From: a bacterium
GTDB lineage: Bacteria; UBA8248
Assembly: GCA_965221165.1 (NCBI GenBank)
Contig: CBDCRP010000002.1
Location: 576,001 to 640,000, forward strand
Direction: 5' to 3'
Length of the DNA stretch: 64,000 nt
The notes under the pieces are model-generated. The model was not told the DNA's origin, made no database searches, and saw only the letters and a program-made list of their open reading frames with translations. A program made the position numbers and the translations under genes. Position 1 is the stretch's first letter, and each line of letters begins with the position of its first letter. This document shows positions 23,770 through 34,964 of this stretch, in pieces.

Positions 23770-24840
23770 TTATAAGGCCGTATCACTTTCTTTTCTTCCC
23801 CGGCGGCCCTTGCGGTACTTCTTCAAGGCAGCTTCCAAATCCTGAGCGAACGCATCACGCAATTTAACTGGCGCCATCAGCTCCGCGTCCTGACCAAAAG
23901 ACATCAGCCACCGCCTGAAACCCCAAATATCACTTACCCGGACTACCACCTCCCGGATCGATCCGCCGGATTTTTTTGCGCGTTCCACTTCGCCGAATGC
24001 TTCTTGCATATATGCGACGACCGAACGAAGCGCCACGCCCTTCCCGAATCGAACCCTCACATTCAAACCATTATTCATCGCTTCGCGCAAGCACTCGGCC
24101 AGCAAAGCCTTCAAATCCAATTCGAGCGGCATCTGAAAGGCTCCGGCCATGATGCGAACGCTTTCTATGCCCTCCAGATGCCAGACGTCCAAGGCATTTT
24201 TTTCCGATTCCCGCGCCAGCAGATGATAGCTCCCGCCATCAAAATGCAGGAGATACGGGTCTATCTTCCACCAGCGCTTTCGAATCTCTCCTCCCCGGGC
24301 CGCCAGGATGCGGGCGGGTTTTCCTTTTTCTATCGCTTCGAGCAGGATGCCGCCCACCCTGCGCTGTCGCCTGTGTTCCCTGAGCGCTCCCACCACCCCG
24401 ACATAGCGTGGTTCCACTCCCTCCGCATATGCGCGCAAAGCCGCGGGAATATAATGGCGCAAGCGGCTGAAAACACCGCTGATGCTGGCGTTCAGCGACT
24501 CCTCCCTTAATGGACTGCCCGGCAAACCCCTCAACATGCACAGGGCGTAATACAAGGACGCCCACTGAGAAGGCAAGAATGGCTTTGGAACCGAATCCAC
24601 ATATTCCTGCAATAAACGATACCTCATCTTTCGGCCCGTGCGAACCCTCTCCAAAGGGAATCCCGCCTTCATCAAATGGGAAACATCCCTTTGAAGCGTT
24701 CTCAAACTCCACTCATGGCCGGCGCCGTCCGCCGATTCCTCACTCAAGACTCCAAGGAGTTCTTCATGAGACCAGCTTTCCCCACTCTCCAAAGCCCGGA
24801 GAAGCCGCCAGCGACGTATGAATTGATCCTGAAGCGCCAT
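23770..24840 (-). CDS. HTH-WYL-WCX (PafB/PafC-like) transcriptional regulator, divergent
   Basis: wHTH SLRTLQRDVSHL..AGFPL, WYL-like IDPYLL...YHLLA, WCX FRRWLMSFGQDAELMAPVKLR. Confidence 0.8.
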   Translation of the reverse strand: MALQDQFIRRWRLLRALESGESWSHEELLGVLSEESADGAGHEWSLRTLQRDVSHLMKAGFPLERVRTGRKMRYRLLQEYVDSVPKPFLPSQWASLYYALCMLRGLPGSPLREESLNASISGVFSRLRHYIPAALRAYAEGVEPRYVGVVGALREHRRQRRVGGILLEAIEKGKPARILAARGGEIRKRWWKIDPYLLHFDGGSYHLLARESEKNALDVWHLEGIESVRIMAGAFQMPLELDLKALLAECLREAMNNGLNVRVRFGKGVALRSVVAYMQEAFGEVERAKKSGGSIREVVVRVSDIWGFRRWLMSFGQDAELMAPVKLRDAFAQDLEAALKKYRKGRRGRKESDTAL

Positions 24841-24850
24841 GTGGCGTTCC

Positions 24851-25726
24851 TTATGTTGCCGCCCGGTGCGTTTTCGCCCGTTCCGACAATTCAAACAACA
24901 AACTCAAGGGCTGCGAGAATTGCCCCAATCTATCCCGTTTATGCGGGACGCCGTGACAATCGGAGCCTCCCATACATAATAGCCCGTATTCTTTCGCTAT
25001 TTTCCGGTAATGACTTTGCGCATCCGCGCCTTGAGCGGGGTGCTCCACTTCGACCCCCGAGAGTCCCGCTTCCGCCATGGCCGGGATGATTTCATCACAC
25101 CCGCTCAGCAACGGATGGGCCAGGGTGGAGACTCCACCGGCACCATGAATCAGTGTAAGCGCATCGAAAGGAGAAAGTATATCCAGTTCCACATAACCGG
25201 GTGCGCTTTCTCCGATATATCTCTCAAAAACCTCCCGGCGCGAGCTCGCGAAGCCTTTCTTGAGCATATACGCCCCCAACTGACCCCGGGTGATGCTGGG
25301 GCTATGCGCGTAGGTGGCGAAAAAATCTTTTTTGTCCATCACCAGGCCACAGCGCCTCAGCCGATCGATAATCTCCCCCATCCTCTTCACTCTGGCTGAT
25401 CCCTGCACTTTTATCTGCTCCACCAGACGAGGCGCGTCCGGACGAATGAAATGCCCGAGAAGGTGTACGCTCCGGCCCAGATGGTCACAAGAGAATTCGA
25501 TGCCCGGCACAAATTCGATCCCCAGCCTTTCCGCTTCCGCGCCTGCGCGAGCCAAACCCGCGACCGTGTCGTGATCCGTAAGCGATATGGCGCGAATGCC
25601 GGCTCGTTTCGCCCTTTGGATGAGCTTTTCCGGGGAGTCCAAGCCATCGGACATATCCGAATGGACGTGAAACTCCACGACCTTCTCATCCAGGGAGAGG
25701 CCACATAAGTTCGAGACATACGCCAT
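24851..25726 (-). CDS. PHP domain metallo-phosphoesterase (TrpH/YciV-like)
   Basis: HVHSDMSDG, LTDHDT, PGIEFS, VHLLG, LAHP, GGSDCHG. The 5' extension of the ORF overlaps the tRNA and is discarded. Confidence 0.9.
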   Translation of the reverse strand: MAYVSNLCGLSLDEKVVEFHVHSDMSDGLDSPEKLIQRAKRAGIRAISLTDHDTVAGLARAGAEAERLGIEFVPGIEFSCDHLGRSVHLLGHFIRPDAPRLVEQIKVQGSARVKRMGEIIDRLRRCGLVMDKKDFFATYAHSPSITRGQLGAYMLKKGFASSRREVFERYIGESAPGYVELDILSPFDALTLIHGAGGVSTLAHPLLSGCDEIIPAMAEAGLSGVEVEHPAQGADAQSHYRKIAKEYGLLCMGGSDCHGVPHKRDRLGQFSQPLSLLFELSERAKTHRAAT

Positions 25727-25781
25727 GGATACAGATTCCTGAATACGAGGGAAACACCGGACTTTCGCCCAACTCAATGAA

Positions 25782-25856
<75 letters not shown>

Positions 25857-25935
25857 CTTCATCCTGACGATAGGGCCATGTCGCCGATGGTGTCAAGGAA
25901 ATGAAAGAGAAATAATGCTATCGATAAACAACGCG

Positions 25936-26784
25936 TCATCGCGCCAGCGTCCATTCTTCGTTTTCATATCGGGCCCGGGATATCTTGAGCGCCCTCGCGT
26001 TCTCGACCTCCGAGAGCGCACGTGGAAAAAAGCGAAAGCCCAAAACCTTCTCGAGGCCCGCCTTAGAGGCGCCGGCCACATCGCGAAAAGAAATTTCCTC
26101 GCCCAGGACCTCCCGAAGGCCGACCGCGTGGGCGCGGCGGGAGAGCACGCGCTCGGCCGGCCTTGACTTGAGAAGACTCGCGAGGCGCTCTTCCGAGGAG
26201 CGGAGTAGAATGCTCCCATGCTGCAAAACCGCGCCACCCTCGCGGCATTGCGCGCTGCCCACTATTTTTTGACCGCCAATCGCAAGCTCCCACACCGACG
26301 CCGTGGCGAAACAAGAGCCTTGCGAGGAATAGGCGCTCCCGCTCGGGGGAGACAACTCGACCGGCGCCCCCAGAGACATCAATCCCTCGGCCAAACCCTG
26401 GCTGATTCTGCGGTAGGTTTCCTCAATCGTATCGCCGAGAAATATTTCCGGTCCGGTGATGGAATACGTCAACTCACAATCATGCAACACCGCCCGTCCA
26501 CCGGTGAGCCTTCGGCAGATGTCGATTCCCTCATCCGCGAGTCGTTCTATAAAAATATCACGCCCGGCTGTCTGGCCGCGGCCCAGGGAGATCGCCGGGG
26601 GCGACCAGGCATAGACGCGAAAGGTGACGGGCGCCTCATGGGGAGGCCGACCTTCTTTCAGATGGGCTTGACAACTCTCGAACAACAACTCGTCCACCGC
26701 CATGTTCCAGGCGGCGGAGGACCCGCCCGTGTCCAGGAATAGCGCATGGGGGATTTCTCGGGGCTCAGCGTTTGCGCGTTGCAT
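25936..26784 (-). CDS. Lipoate-protein ligase / LipM-like octanoyltransferase
   Basis: NMAVDE, RRLTGGRAVLH, ELTYS, CF, KIVGSAQ, LQHGSI. Follows gcvP. Confidence 0.88.
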   Translation of the reverse strand: MQRANAEPREIPHALFLDTGGSSAAWNMAVDELLFESCQAHLKEGRPPHEAPVTFRVYAWSPPAISLGRGQTAGRDIFIERLADEGIDICRRLTGGRAVLHDCELTYSITGPEIFLGDTIEETYRRISQGLAEGLMSLGAPVELSPPSGSAYSSQGSCFATASVWELAIGGQKIVGSAQCREGGAVLQHGSILLRSSEERLASLLKSRPAERVLSRRAHAVGLREVLGEEISFRDVAGASKAGLEKVLGFRFFPRALSEVENARALKISRARYENEEWTLAR

Positions 26785-26786
26785 TC

Positions 26787-29675
26787 TCAGGCATAGTTTT
26801 CGACAGGCAAACAAGAGCAGACCAGATTTCTGTCTCCATACGGATTATTCACCCGTTTGACGGGAGGCCAATACTTCGCCGCGCCCACCCAGGACAGCGG
26901 GAAAACCGCTTTCTCGCGCGAATAGGGGTGGGTCCATTCATCGGACGTAACGTCGGACGCCGTATGGGGCGCATTTTTGAGAACGTTGTCTTCTCCGCTC
27001 ATGGCCCCATTCTCGATTTCCCGAATATCCGCCCGGATGTCGATCATCGCGTCACAGAATCGATCCAGCTCTTCTTTCGATTCACTCTCCGTCGGCTCGA
27101 TCATCAAGGTTCCCGCCACGGGGAAAGACATCGTTGGCGCATGGAAACCATAATCCATCAGGCGCTTCGCGATGTCCTCGTTCGTCACGCCCGAGGCTTC
27201 CTGCAGGGGCCTGATGTCGATGATGCACTCATGCGCCACCATGCCGTTCGCCCCCTTGTACAAAACCTCATAGTGGGGCTCGAGCCTATTGGCCACGTAA
27301 TTCGCGTTCAAAATGGCCACCTGTGTCGCCTTGACGAGACCCTCGCCGCCCATCATGGCGATATACATCCAGGAGATGGGCAATATACCAGCGCTTCCCC
27401 AGGGTGCTGCGGAAACCGCATCCACACCCGTCTCAGGCCCCACTCCCGAAACCACCGAATGTTTCGGCAAATAAGGGGACAAATGCTTCACGACGCCGAT
27501 GGGGCCCATGCCGGGTCCCCCGCCACCGTGGGGAATGCAAAACGTCTTGTGAAGGTTCATGTGGGAAACGTCGGGCCCGAACTCGCCGGGCTTGCAAATT
27601 CCGACCAGCGCATTGAGATTCGCGCCGTCCATGTACACCTGACCGCCGTTTTGGTGGATGATCTCACAAATCTCCACCACGCCTTCCTCGAAAACGCCGT
27701 GCGTCGAGGGGTAGGTGATCATCAAGGCGGCCAGTTTTTCCGAAAATTTTTCCGCCTTCTCCTTCAAATCTGCGATGTCCACGTTCCCGTTCGCATCACA
27801 ATCGACGACCACCACCTCGAAACCGGCCATGACGGCGCTGGCGGGATTCGTTCCGTGGGCCGAACTCGGAATCAGGCAGATGTTTCGATAGCCCTCGTTT
27901 TTGCTCTCATGGTATTTGCGGATGACCAACAAACCGGCGTATTCACCCTGCGCACCCGAGTTGGGCTGCATGGAAATGGAATCGAACCCCGTGCACTCGG
28001 CCAGCATGTTTTCCAGATCACCGATGAAATCCCGATAGCCCCGCACCTGTTCCTCTGGCGCGAACGGGTGAATCCCACCGAATTCTTCCCACGTCACGGG
28101 AATCATCTCGGTGGTGGCATTGAGTTTCATCGTGCACGAACCCAGCGGGATCATGGAGCGCGTAAGCGCGATGTCTTTTTCTTGAAGACGATAGATATAC
28201 CGCAGCATTTCATGTTCCGCGTGGTGGGTATTGAAAACCGGATGCGTCATGTAGGGTGAGGTTCTTCTCAGGGAATCCGGAATCCGCTCCGCCGCTTCGG
28301 CCTCGACGTCATCGAACGATAGTCCGGCTGAACCGTCTTCGGCGAAAACCTCCCAAAGTGCTTCTACGTCGTCTCTCCCGGTGGTCTCATCAAAGGCGAT
28401 GCCGACGGCGTCATCACCGAGTCGCCTGAGATTCATCCGCCGCTCCGCCGCTTTCTCGACGATTCGGGCGGCGCCCCCCGCGCCTACGCGCACGGACACG
28501 GTGTCGAAAAAAGAATTCGCCGCCAGGGTGCAGCCCATGCGCTCCAGACCATCGGCCAGCACGCCGGCCAGGCGGTGCGTTCTCCGGGCGATTCTCTCCA
28601 CGCCGTCCGGGCCGTGGTACACGCCGTACATGCTCGCGATGACGGCCAGAAGAACCTGCGCGGTGCAAATGTTGCTCGTGGCACGCTCGCGGCGTATGTG
28701 CTGTTCCCTCGTCTGCAAGGAGAGTCTCAAGGCGGGGTCTTCGTTCGCATCGATTGATACGCCGACGATGCGGCCCGGCATGGCGCGCTTATGCTTTTCC
28801 CTCGTCGCCAGATAGGCCGCATGCGGCCCACCGAAGCCCAAGGGAACGCCGAAGCGCTGCGAATTCCCGACCACGACGTCGGCCCCGAACTCACCGGGGG
28901 GCTTCAGGAGCGCCAGGGCGAGAATGTCTGCGGCGACGACGACGAGGGCGTCCGTCTCGTGCGCCTTGTTCGCAAAATCGGCGTAGTCGAATACCTCCCC
29001 GCCCGTTGCAGGATACTGAAGCAAGACGCCGAAAACATCCCCGTCCAGCGCGACGTCTCGATGATCGCCCACCACGACTTCGATATTCTGTGGCTCCGCC
29101 CGGGTTCGCACCACTTCAATCGTCTGGGGGTGGCAATCTTTCGAAACGAAAAACTTGCGCCCCTTGTTCTTGCTCGCGTTCATCGCCATGGTCATCGCCT
29201 CGGCGGCGGCCGTGCCCTCATCCAGCAAGGAGGCGTTGGCGATCTCCATGCCGGTGAGGTCCATGATCATGGTTTGAAAATTCAAGAGCGCCTCCATGCG
29301 CCCCTGCGAGATTTCCGGCTGATAGGGCGTGTACGCCGTATACCAGCCCGGATTTTCCAGGATGTTGCGAAGAACGACCGTCGGGGTGTGGCAATCCGAA
29401 TATCCCATGCCGAGCATGGACTTGAACACCTGATTCCGGCCCGCGAAAGAACCCAAATCGACCAGTGCCTGTTGCTCGGTTCTGGGCGCGGCGAGACCCA
29501 GCTTCGTGTTGGAAATGATGGATGAAGGTATGGCTTTTTCGACCAATTCGTCCAGGGAGTTCAGATCAATCGCTCCCAGCATCGACCCGATGTCTTCATC
29601 GCTCGGCGCAATGTGGCGATGAATGAATTCTCCCCGATTCTCGAGATTCTCGAGAGACAAGCGAGACTCCGTCAT
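26787..29675 (-). CDS. gcvP: Glycine dehydrogenase (decarboxylating), single-chain P protein
   Basis: [57 protein letters not shown]. Confidence 0.98.
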   Translation of the reverse strand: MTESRLSLENLENRGEFIHRHIAPSDEDIGSMLGAIDLNSLDELVEKAIPSSIISNTKLGLAAPRTEQQALVDLGSFAGRNQVFKSMLGMGYSDCHTPTVVLRNILENPGWYTAYTPYQPEISQGRMEALLNFQTMIMDLTGMEIANASLLDEGTAAAEAMTMAMNASKNKGRKFFVSKDCHPQTIEVVRTRAEPQNIEVVVGDHRDVALDGDVFGVLLQYPATGGEVFDYADFANKAHETDALVVVAADILALALLKPPGEFGADVVVGNSQRFGVPLGFGGPHAAYLATREKHKRAMPGRIVGVSIDANEDPALRLSLQTREQHIRRERATSNICTAQVLLAVIASMYGVYHGPDGVERIARRTHRLAGVLADGLERMGCTLAANSFFDTVSVRVGAGGAARIVEKAAERRMNLRRLGDDAVGIAFDETTGRDDVEALWEVFAEDGSAGLSFDDVEAEAAERIPDSLRRTSPYMTHPVFNTHHAEHEMLRYIYRLQEKDIALTRSMIPLGSCTMKLNATTEMIPVTWEEFGGIHPFAPEEQVRGYRDFIGDLENMLAECTGFDSISMQPNSGAQGEYAGLLVIRKYHESKNEGYRNICLIPSSAHGTNPASAVMAGFEVVVVDCDANGNVDIADLKEKAEKFSEKLAALMITYPSTHGVFEEGVVEICEIIHQNGGQVYMDGANLNALVGICKPGEFGPDVSHMNLHKTFCIPHGGGGPGMGPIGVVKHLSPYLPKHSVVSGVGPETGVDAVSAAPWGSAGILPISWMYIAMMGGEGLVKATQVAILNANYVANRLEPHYEVLYKGANGMVAHECIIDIRPLQEASGVTNEDIAKRLMDYGFHAPTMSFPVAGTLMIEPTESESKEELDRFCDAMIDIRADIREIENGAMSGEDNVLKNAPHTASDVTSDEWTHPYSREKAVFPLSWVGAAKYWPPVKRVNNPYGDRNLVCSCLPVENYA

Positions 29676-29782
29676 GAATGCGCCCCTTCAGGTTATGGGG
29701 ATTCAGGCGGATACGTCATTTCCGCTCCGGTTCACTGGAGATGAAAAATCGCTTCCAGCGCGAAGGAGAGAGCCGGTTCAGG

Positions 29783-30172
29783 CTAACCGCTTTCCTCCTC
29801 GGTGTACGCCAAGTACGAATCGGCTTCCAGAAGATCGCTCAACTCCGACTCGTCTTTCATCTCCACCCGAATCATCCAGCCGTCTTCATACGGATCCGAA
29901 TTCACGAGTTCGGGCTCGTCCTCGAGCGTGGTGTTCGCCTCGGTAACGACACCCGAGACCGGCGCGAAAAGGTCCGAGACCGCCTTGACGCTCTCCACGA
30001 CGCCGAAAGTGTTGTTCGCCTCCACTTCCATGCCGACGTCGGGCAGTTCGACGTACACCACGTCCCCCAGTTCTGATTGGGCGAAGTCCGTAATCCCAAT
30101 CACCACGATGTTTCCCTCTACTCTTACCCACTCGTGCTCTCTGGAATATTTGAGGCCGCTCGGTAGTTCCAT
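29783..30172 (-). CDS. gcvH: Glycine cleavage system H protein
   Basis: [25 protein letters not shown] (lipoyl-Lys), VNSDPY. Confidence 0.98.
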   Translation of the reverse strand: MELPSGLKYSREHEWVRVEGNIVVIGITDFAQSELGDVVYVELPDVGMEVEANNTFGVVESVKAVSDLFAPVSGVVTEANTTLEDEPELVNSDPYEDGWMIRVEMKDESELSDLLEADSYLAYTEEESG

Positions 30173-30244
30173 GCTCCTGAATGCCTCCCTTTTAGATGAC
30201 GGCAGTTCCTTATGATTTGTTATGAGAAAACGGAATTCACTCCT

Positions 30245-31354
30245 TCAAGTCTTTTTGTAAAAAGGTGTCTTCACTATCTGCGCCCGCCTGGCCTTGCCTC
30301 GAATGTCGATTTCCAGCGCGGCACCCTCGCTTGCGTTCGACGCAGGAACGTAGCCTATCCCGATGGCTTTGCCAAGAGAGGGGCTCATCGTTCCGCTCGT
30401 AACGCCTCCGGCCACTTCGCCATCGATCAGGATGGGCGCTCCATGTCGAGGAATACCACGATCCACCATTTCGAATCCAACCAGTTTTCGCTTCGGACCC
30501 TCCTCCTTGAGGGCCAGCAATTTCTCTCGGCCGATGAAATCCCCCGCCTTGTACCTCACCACCCAGCCGAGACCCGCCTCGAGCGGGTGGGTGGACTCAT
30601 CGATGTCGTTTCCGTACAGGGCGAATTTCATCTCCGTGCGCAAGGTATCCCGCGCGCCCAGACCACAGGGTTTGAGTCCCTCGCCCCCGCCCTCGCTCAT
30701 CAGCGCAGCCCAGAGCGTCGGCGCATCGGGTGATTTGCAATACAACTCGAAGCCGTCCTCTCCCGTGTAGCCCGTGCGGGAGACCAGCACCTCACACCCC
30801 GCCACGTCCTTATACTGCGCCCCGTAATAGGGGATGGCGGCGAGGTCCCCTCCCCCCGGAATCAATTTCCCTAAAATGGATTCGGCTTTGGGGCCTTGTA
30901 AGGCGAGGAGGCCCGTTTGGTCGCTCACGTTTTCGAACTCGCACGCTTCTTCGTGGTGGGAGGCCATCCACTTCCAGTCTTTTTCGATGTTCGCCGCGTT
31001 CACGACGGCCATGTAGCGCTCTTCTTCGAGCCGGTAGACCGTGAGGTCGTCCACGATCCCCCCTTCCGTCCTGCACATGGCCGCATACAGGACACCGCCC
31101 ACCTCGAGCTTCAAGACGTTGTTCGTGACCATTTTGTGGATGAAGGCGCCCGCTTCTTTTCCGCGCGCTTCGAACTCGCCCATGTGGCTCACGTCGAACA
31201 GACCGGCCGCTTCGCGAACCGCATGGTGCTCATCGATCACGCCCGTGTACTGCACGGGCATTTCATAGCCCGCGAAGGGCACCATCTTCGCGCCGGCGGC
31301 CTTGTGCGTTTCATACAGGGAGGTTCTGCGCAGTTCCTGCTCGCTACTCGTCAT
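30245..31354 (-). CDS. gcvT: Aminomethyltransferase (GCS T protein)
   Basis: LFDVSHMG, SRTGYTGEDGFE, GLGARDTLR. Confidence 0.97.
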   Translation of the reverse strand: MTSSEQELRRTSLYETHKAAGAKMVPFAGYEMPVQYTGVIDEHHAVREAAGLFDVSHMGEFEARGKEAGAFIHKMVTNNVLKLEVGGVLYAAMCRTEGGIVDDLTVYRLEEERYMAVVNAANIEKDWKWMASHHEEACEFENVSDQTGLLALQGPKAESILGKLIPGGGDLAAIPYYGAQYKDVAGCEVLVSRTGYTGEDGFELYCKSPDAPTLWAALMSEGGGEGLKPCGLGARDTLRTEMKFALYGNDIDESTHPLEAGLGWVVRYKAGDFIGREKLLALKEEGPKRKLVGFEMVDRGIPRHGAPILIDGEVAGGVTSGTMSPSLGKAIGIGYVPASNASEGAALEIDIRGKARRAQIVKTPFYKKT

Positions 31355-31501
31355 GGGGAATCCTCAAATCTCGTGGAAATTTCCACCCTTCATGAGCCTT
31401 ACCGCGTATCGGGATGAATTTCAAGGGTTTTATTCTAATTCTTCGGAACAATCATGAGTGAAGTGGAAAACGAATTTTCAAGGATTCAGAAAATCACCCG
31501 C

Positions 31502-32653
31502 CTACGCAAACGCGCGGATTCCGGTTTCATACCCGGCGATGATGAGCTTTTGAATCTGGCTGGTTCCCTCGTAAATCGTCGCCACGCGGGCGTCGCGCAT
31601 GTAGCGCTCCACGGGATACTCGTTGCTGTAGCCCATGCCGCCGTGAATCTGAATGGCGTCGTTCGCGCAGCGCAGGGCCGCTTCGCTGCAATAGTATTTG
31701 GCGATGGAGGTCTCGCGCGTATTCGGCTTGCCCGCATTCTTGAGCTCGCCCGCCCGGTAGAGCAGGAGCCTGCTCGCGTCGATATCGACCACCATGCGGG
31801 CGATCATGTCCTGTACGAGTTGGTGCGCCGCGATGGGCTTTCCGAACGTGTGGCGTTCTTTCGCGTAGGCGACCGACGCTTCGAGAGAGCCTTGCGCGAT
31901 TCCCAGACAACCCGCGCCCACCGAATAGCGCCCGTTGTCCAGCGCGCTCATCGCGACCCTGAAGCCATCGCCCACTTCTCCCATCAAGGCGTCGTCGGGC
32001 ACTTCCACGTTCGCCAGGAAAAGCTCGGCGGTGTTCGAACTGCGAAGCCCCAGCTTTCCGTGCATCGTCTTCGCCTCAAAGCCGGGCAGGCCGGTTTCGA
32101 CTAAAAAAGCCGCCATCTTCCGGGGATTCTCGCGATCGGTCTGCGCGATCACCAACGCCAGTTGCGCAACGCCGCCGTTGCTGATCCATATCTTCTGCCC
32201 GCTCAGCTTCCATCCACCCGGCGTCTTTTCCGCAAAGGTCTTCAAATGCTGCGCATCCGAGCCCACGTCCGGCTCCGTCAAGCCGAAACACCCAATCCAT
32301 TCCGCCGCGCAGAGTTTCGGCAGATACTTTCTCTTCTGCGCCTCACTCCCCCATTTCAGGAGCGTGGTGGCGACGAGAGAGAGTTGCACCGACAAAACGG
32401 TGCGCACCGAACTGCACGCCTTGCTTATTTCTTCATTCATGATGGCGTAGGAGATGTAGTCGAGGCCCGCGCCGCCGTATTCCTCAGGCACAGGCCCGCC
32501 GAACATCCCCAACTCGCCCATTTCGGCGACGATATCGGCCGGGTACCTTTCTTTCTCGTCGTTCTCCCGGGCCACGGGCACGATTCGCCTCCGGGCGAAG
32601 TCCGCCGCCGTCTCCTTGATCAGCCGCTGGGTTTCGTTGAGTTCAAAATCCAC
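31502..32653 (-). CDS. Acyl-CoA dehydrogenase
   Basis: FGLTEPDVGSD, GQKIWISNG, QIHGGMGY, IYEGTSQIQ. Confidence 0.93.
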   Translation of the reverse strand: MDFELNETQRLIKETAADFARRRIVPVARENDEKERYPADIVAEMGELGMFGGPVPEEYGGAGLDYISYAIMNEEISKACSSVRTVLSVQLSLVATTLLKWGSEAQKRKYLPKLCAAEWIGCFGLTEPDVGSDAQHLKTFAEKTPGGWKLSGQKIWISNGGVAQLALVIAQTDRENPRKMAAFLVETGLPGFEAKTMHGKLGLRSSNTAELFLANVEVPDDALMGEVGDGFRVAMSALDNGRYSVGAGCLGIAQGSLEASVAYAKERHTFGKPIAAHQLVQDMIARMVVDIDASRLLLYRAGELKNAGKPNTRETSIAKYYCSEAALRCANDAIQIHGGMGYSNEYPVERYMRDARVATIYEGTSQIQKLIIAGYETGIRAFA

Positions 32654-32674
32654 TGTTGTCTCAGGATTTAGGCT

Positions 32675-33532
32675 TTAGGATTCATACGTGAAGAAACCGC
32701 GGCCCGTCTTGCGGCCCAGGTGGCCCGCCCTGACCATCTTGCGCAACAAGAAGTTGGGCCGGTAGCGCGTATCACCCAGTTCGCGGTAGAGCGTCTCCGT
32801 CTTGGCGAGGTGGATATCCACGCCGATCAAATCGATGAGCTCCAAAGGCCCCATGGGCAGGCCTGCGCCCATCTTCATCGCCTTGTCGATGTCCTCGGCC
32901 GACGCCAGACCTCCTGCATAGACTTCCACCGCTTCGTTCAGCATCCCCGCCAGCACGCGGCTCCCGATGCCCGCCGGGCTGTCGAAATTCGCCATGACGG
33001 GCACCTTGCCGAGCCGCTCGGCGAGGTTGCGCACAGCCTCCACCGTCTCTTTCGAGGTGCCAAGGCCCGGCATGATCTCCACGAGCTTCATGACCACGGG
33101 CGGGTTGAAGAAATGAACGCCCACTACCTTCTCCGGCCTCGAGGTGGCCGCCGCCATCTCGGTGATGGATAGAGAGGTCGTATTCGATGCGAAAATCGCG
33201 CGCTCGGGCGCCGCTTCATCGAGAGCGGCCAATACTTCTTTTTTAATATCCATGTCCTCGAAAACCGCCTCGACGACGATGTCCACGTCCGAGGCCTTCG
33301 CATAACCCGCTCCCGGCGTGATGCGCGAGAAAATGGCGTCTTTATCCTCCGCGCTCATCTTCCCCTGCGCAACGCGCCTGGCGGCGCGCGATTCTAGACC
33401 CCCGAGAGCCTTCACCACCATCTCTTCGCTCAAGTCCGTCAAAACCACCGGAATCTCGTTTTGCGCAAAAATCTGGGCGATTCCCGCACCCATCGTGCCG
33501 GCGCCCACCACCATTGCTTTTTCTATTCCCAT
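32675..33532 (-). CDS. 3-hydroxyacyl-CoA (3-hydroxybutyryl-CoA) dehydrogenase
   Basis: GAGTMGAGIA, ASNTTSL, HFFNP, PMGP, GRKTGRGF. Confidence 0.93.
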   Translation of the reverse strand: MGIEKAMVVGAGTMGAGIAQIFAQNEIPVVLTDLSEEMVVKALGGLESRAARRVAQGKMSAEDKDAIFSRITPGAGYAKASDVDIVVEAVFEDMDIKKEVLAALDEAAPERAIFASNTTSLSITEMAAATSRPEKVVGVHFFNPPVVMKLVEIMPGLGTSKETVEAVRNLAERLGKVPVMANFDSPAGIGSRVLAGMLNEAVEVYAGGLASAEDIDKAMKMGAGLPMGPLELIDLIGVDIHLAKTETLYRELGDTRYRPNFLLRKMVRAGHLGRKTGRGFFTYES

Positions 33533-33572
33533 CTCACCCTCTAGTATTACCGAATCTTCAAGAAATTAGAGC

Positions 33573-34757
33573 CTACGCGACGCGCTCCAAAACGACGGCC
33601 ACTCCCTGGCCCCCGCCGATGCAGGCGCTGACGACGCCGAACCGCTCGCCCCTTTGCTCGAGCGCGCTCAGACAGGTGGCGATAATCTTTCCGCCCGTGG
33701 CGCCCACCGGATGACCGAGCGCAATGGCGCCGCCGTGCACGTTCAGTTTTTTTCTGTCCCACTCAAGTTCGCGCTCGCAAGCGATGACCTGGGCGGCGAA
33801 CGCCTCGTTCACCTCGATCAAATCCATGTCCGCAAGCGAAAGCCCCGCGCGTTCGAGGGCTTTGGGAATCGCGGTGACGGGGCCCAGCCCCATGTAGCGA
33901 GGCTCCACGCCCGTAGAAGCGTAACCGCGCAGGACGGCGATGGGTTTCGCGCCCAACTCGTCCGCCCTCTCCTTCGACGCCAGCACGAGGGCGGAGGCCG
34001 CATCCGCCTGACAGCACGAATTACCGGGGGTGACGGAACCGTTTTTATCGAAAACGGGCTTGAGCCTGCCGAGTTTTTCCATCGACATGCCGCTGCGCGG
34101 CGTCTCGTCCTTATCGAACACGTTCACCTCGCCTTTGCGCCCCTTGAGTTCGACCGGCACGATCTCCTGGGCGAACTTTCCGCCTTCGATGGCCGCCACG
34201 GCCTTCTCCTGGCTTTCGAGCGCGTACTCGTCCTGCTCCTCGCGGCTCAAGTTATATTTTTCCACCAGGTTCTCCGCCGTTACGCCCATGAGTTGTCCCG
34301 AAAGCGGATCCTCATAGCCGTCCTTGTAAATCAGATCCAGAAACTGCGCGTGCCCGAAGCGGTTCCCCCACCTCGCGCCCGGGTTCACGAAAGGCACGTT
34401 GGTCGTGCTTTCGGTGCCTCCGGCCAGGACGACATCCGCATCGCCCGCGCGAATCGCCTGCGCGGCCAGGGCGGCGGCCTTGATGCTCGAGCCGCAGCGC
34501 TTGTTGATCGTGTAGGCCGGCGTCTCCTTGGGAAGGCCCGCGCCCACCGAGATGAGCCGCGCGGAATTGGGCCCCACGCCCGCCTGCCAGCCGTGGCCGA
34601 TGATGGTCTCATCGAAATGTTCCGGCTCCACGCCCGATCTCTGAATGGCCTCTTTCGCAATGCGAACGCCCAACTCCGGGGCGGTCATACCTTTGAGCGC
34701 GCCGCCGAAGGCCCCGCCCGGAGAACGAACGCTGCTGAGAATGACGACGTCTTTCAT
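33573..34757 (-). CDS. Acetyl-CoA C-acyltransferase (thiolase)
   Basis: INKRCGSS (Cys), NEAFA, GHPVGATG, ACIGGGQG. Confidence 0.94.
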   Translation of the reverse strand: MKDVVILSSVRSPGGAFGGALKGMTAPELGVRIAKEAIQRSGVEPEHFDETIIGHGWQAGVGPNSARLISVGAGLPKETPAYTINKRCGSSIKAAALAAQAIRAGDADVVLAGGTESTTNVPFVNPGARWGNRFGHAQFLDLIYKDGYEDPLSGQLMGVTAENLVEKYNLSREEQDEYALESQEKAVAAIEGGKFAQEIVPVELKGRKGEVNVFDKDETPRSGMSMEKLGRLKPVFDKNGSVTPGNSCCQADAASALVLASKERADELGAKPIAVLRGYASTGVEPRYMGLGPVTAIPKALERAGLSLADMDLIEVNEAFAAQVIACERELEWDRKKLNVHGGAIALGHPVGATGGKIIATCLSALEQRGERFGVVSACIGGGQGVAVVLERVA

Positions 34758-34964
34758 ATAAACCCTCAATTTTCAAAGAGATAGATTTCTCTTCCCTCAA
34801 AAGGCTCAAAACCCAGGAAAGAGAAGTCAAATTTCAGAAATGGTATTTCCATCCGTCAGGGGTTCTTATGGCATATCTCGAACGCGATAGGCAAGGAATG
34901 ATGTGCCTTGGGACCAAGTGACGTCTGACGGGGCCTGGGATTGAAACATCTGAAAGCAATCTTG

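Noticed and set aside
22173-25780. Possible genomic island integrated at tRNA-Gly (somewhat lower GC downstream)
   Set aside because: Contains core genes (coaE, DUF507 pair). No integrase and no duplicated tRNA 3' end seen.
29676-31500. Glycine riboswitch upstream of gcvT or gcvP
   Set aside because: No GGAGA...CGAAG...CAGG aptamer pattern on the coding strand.
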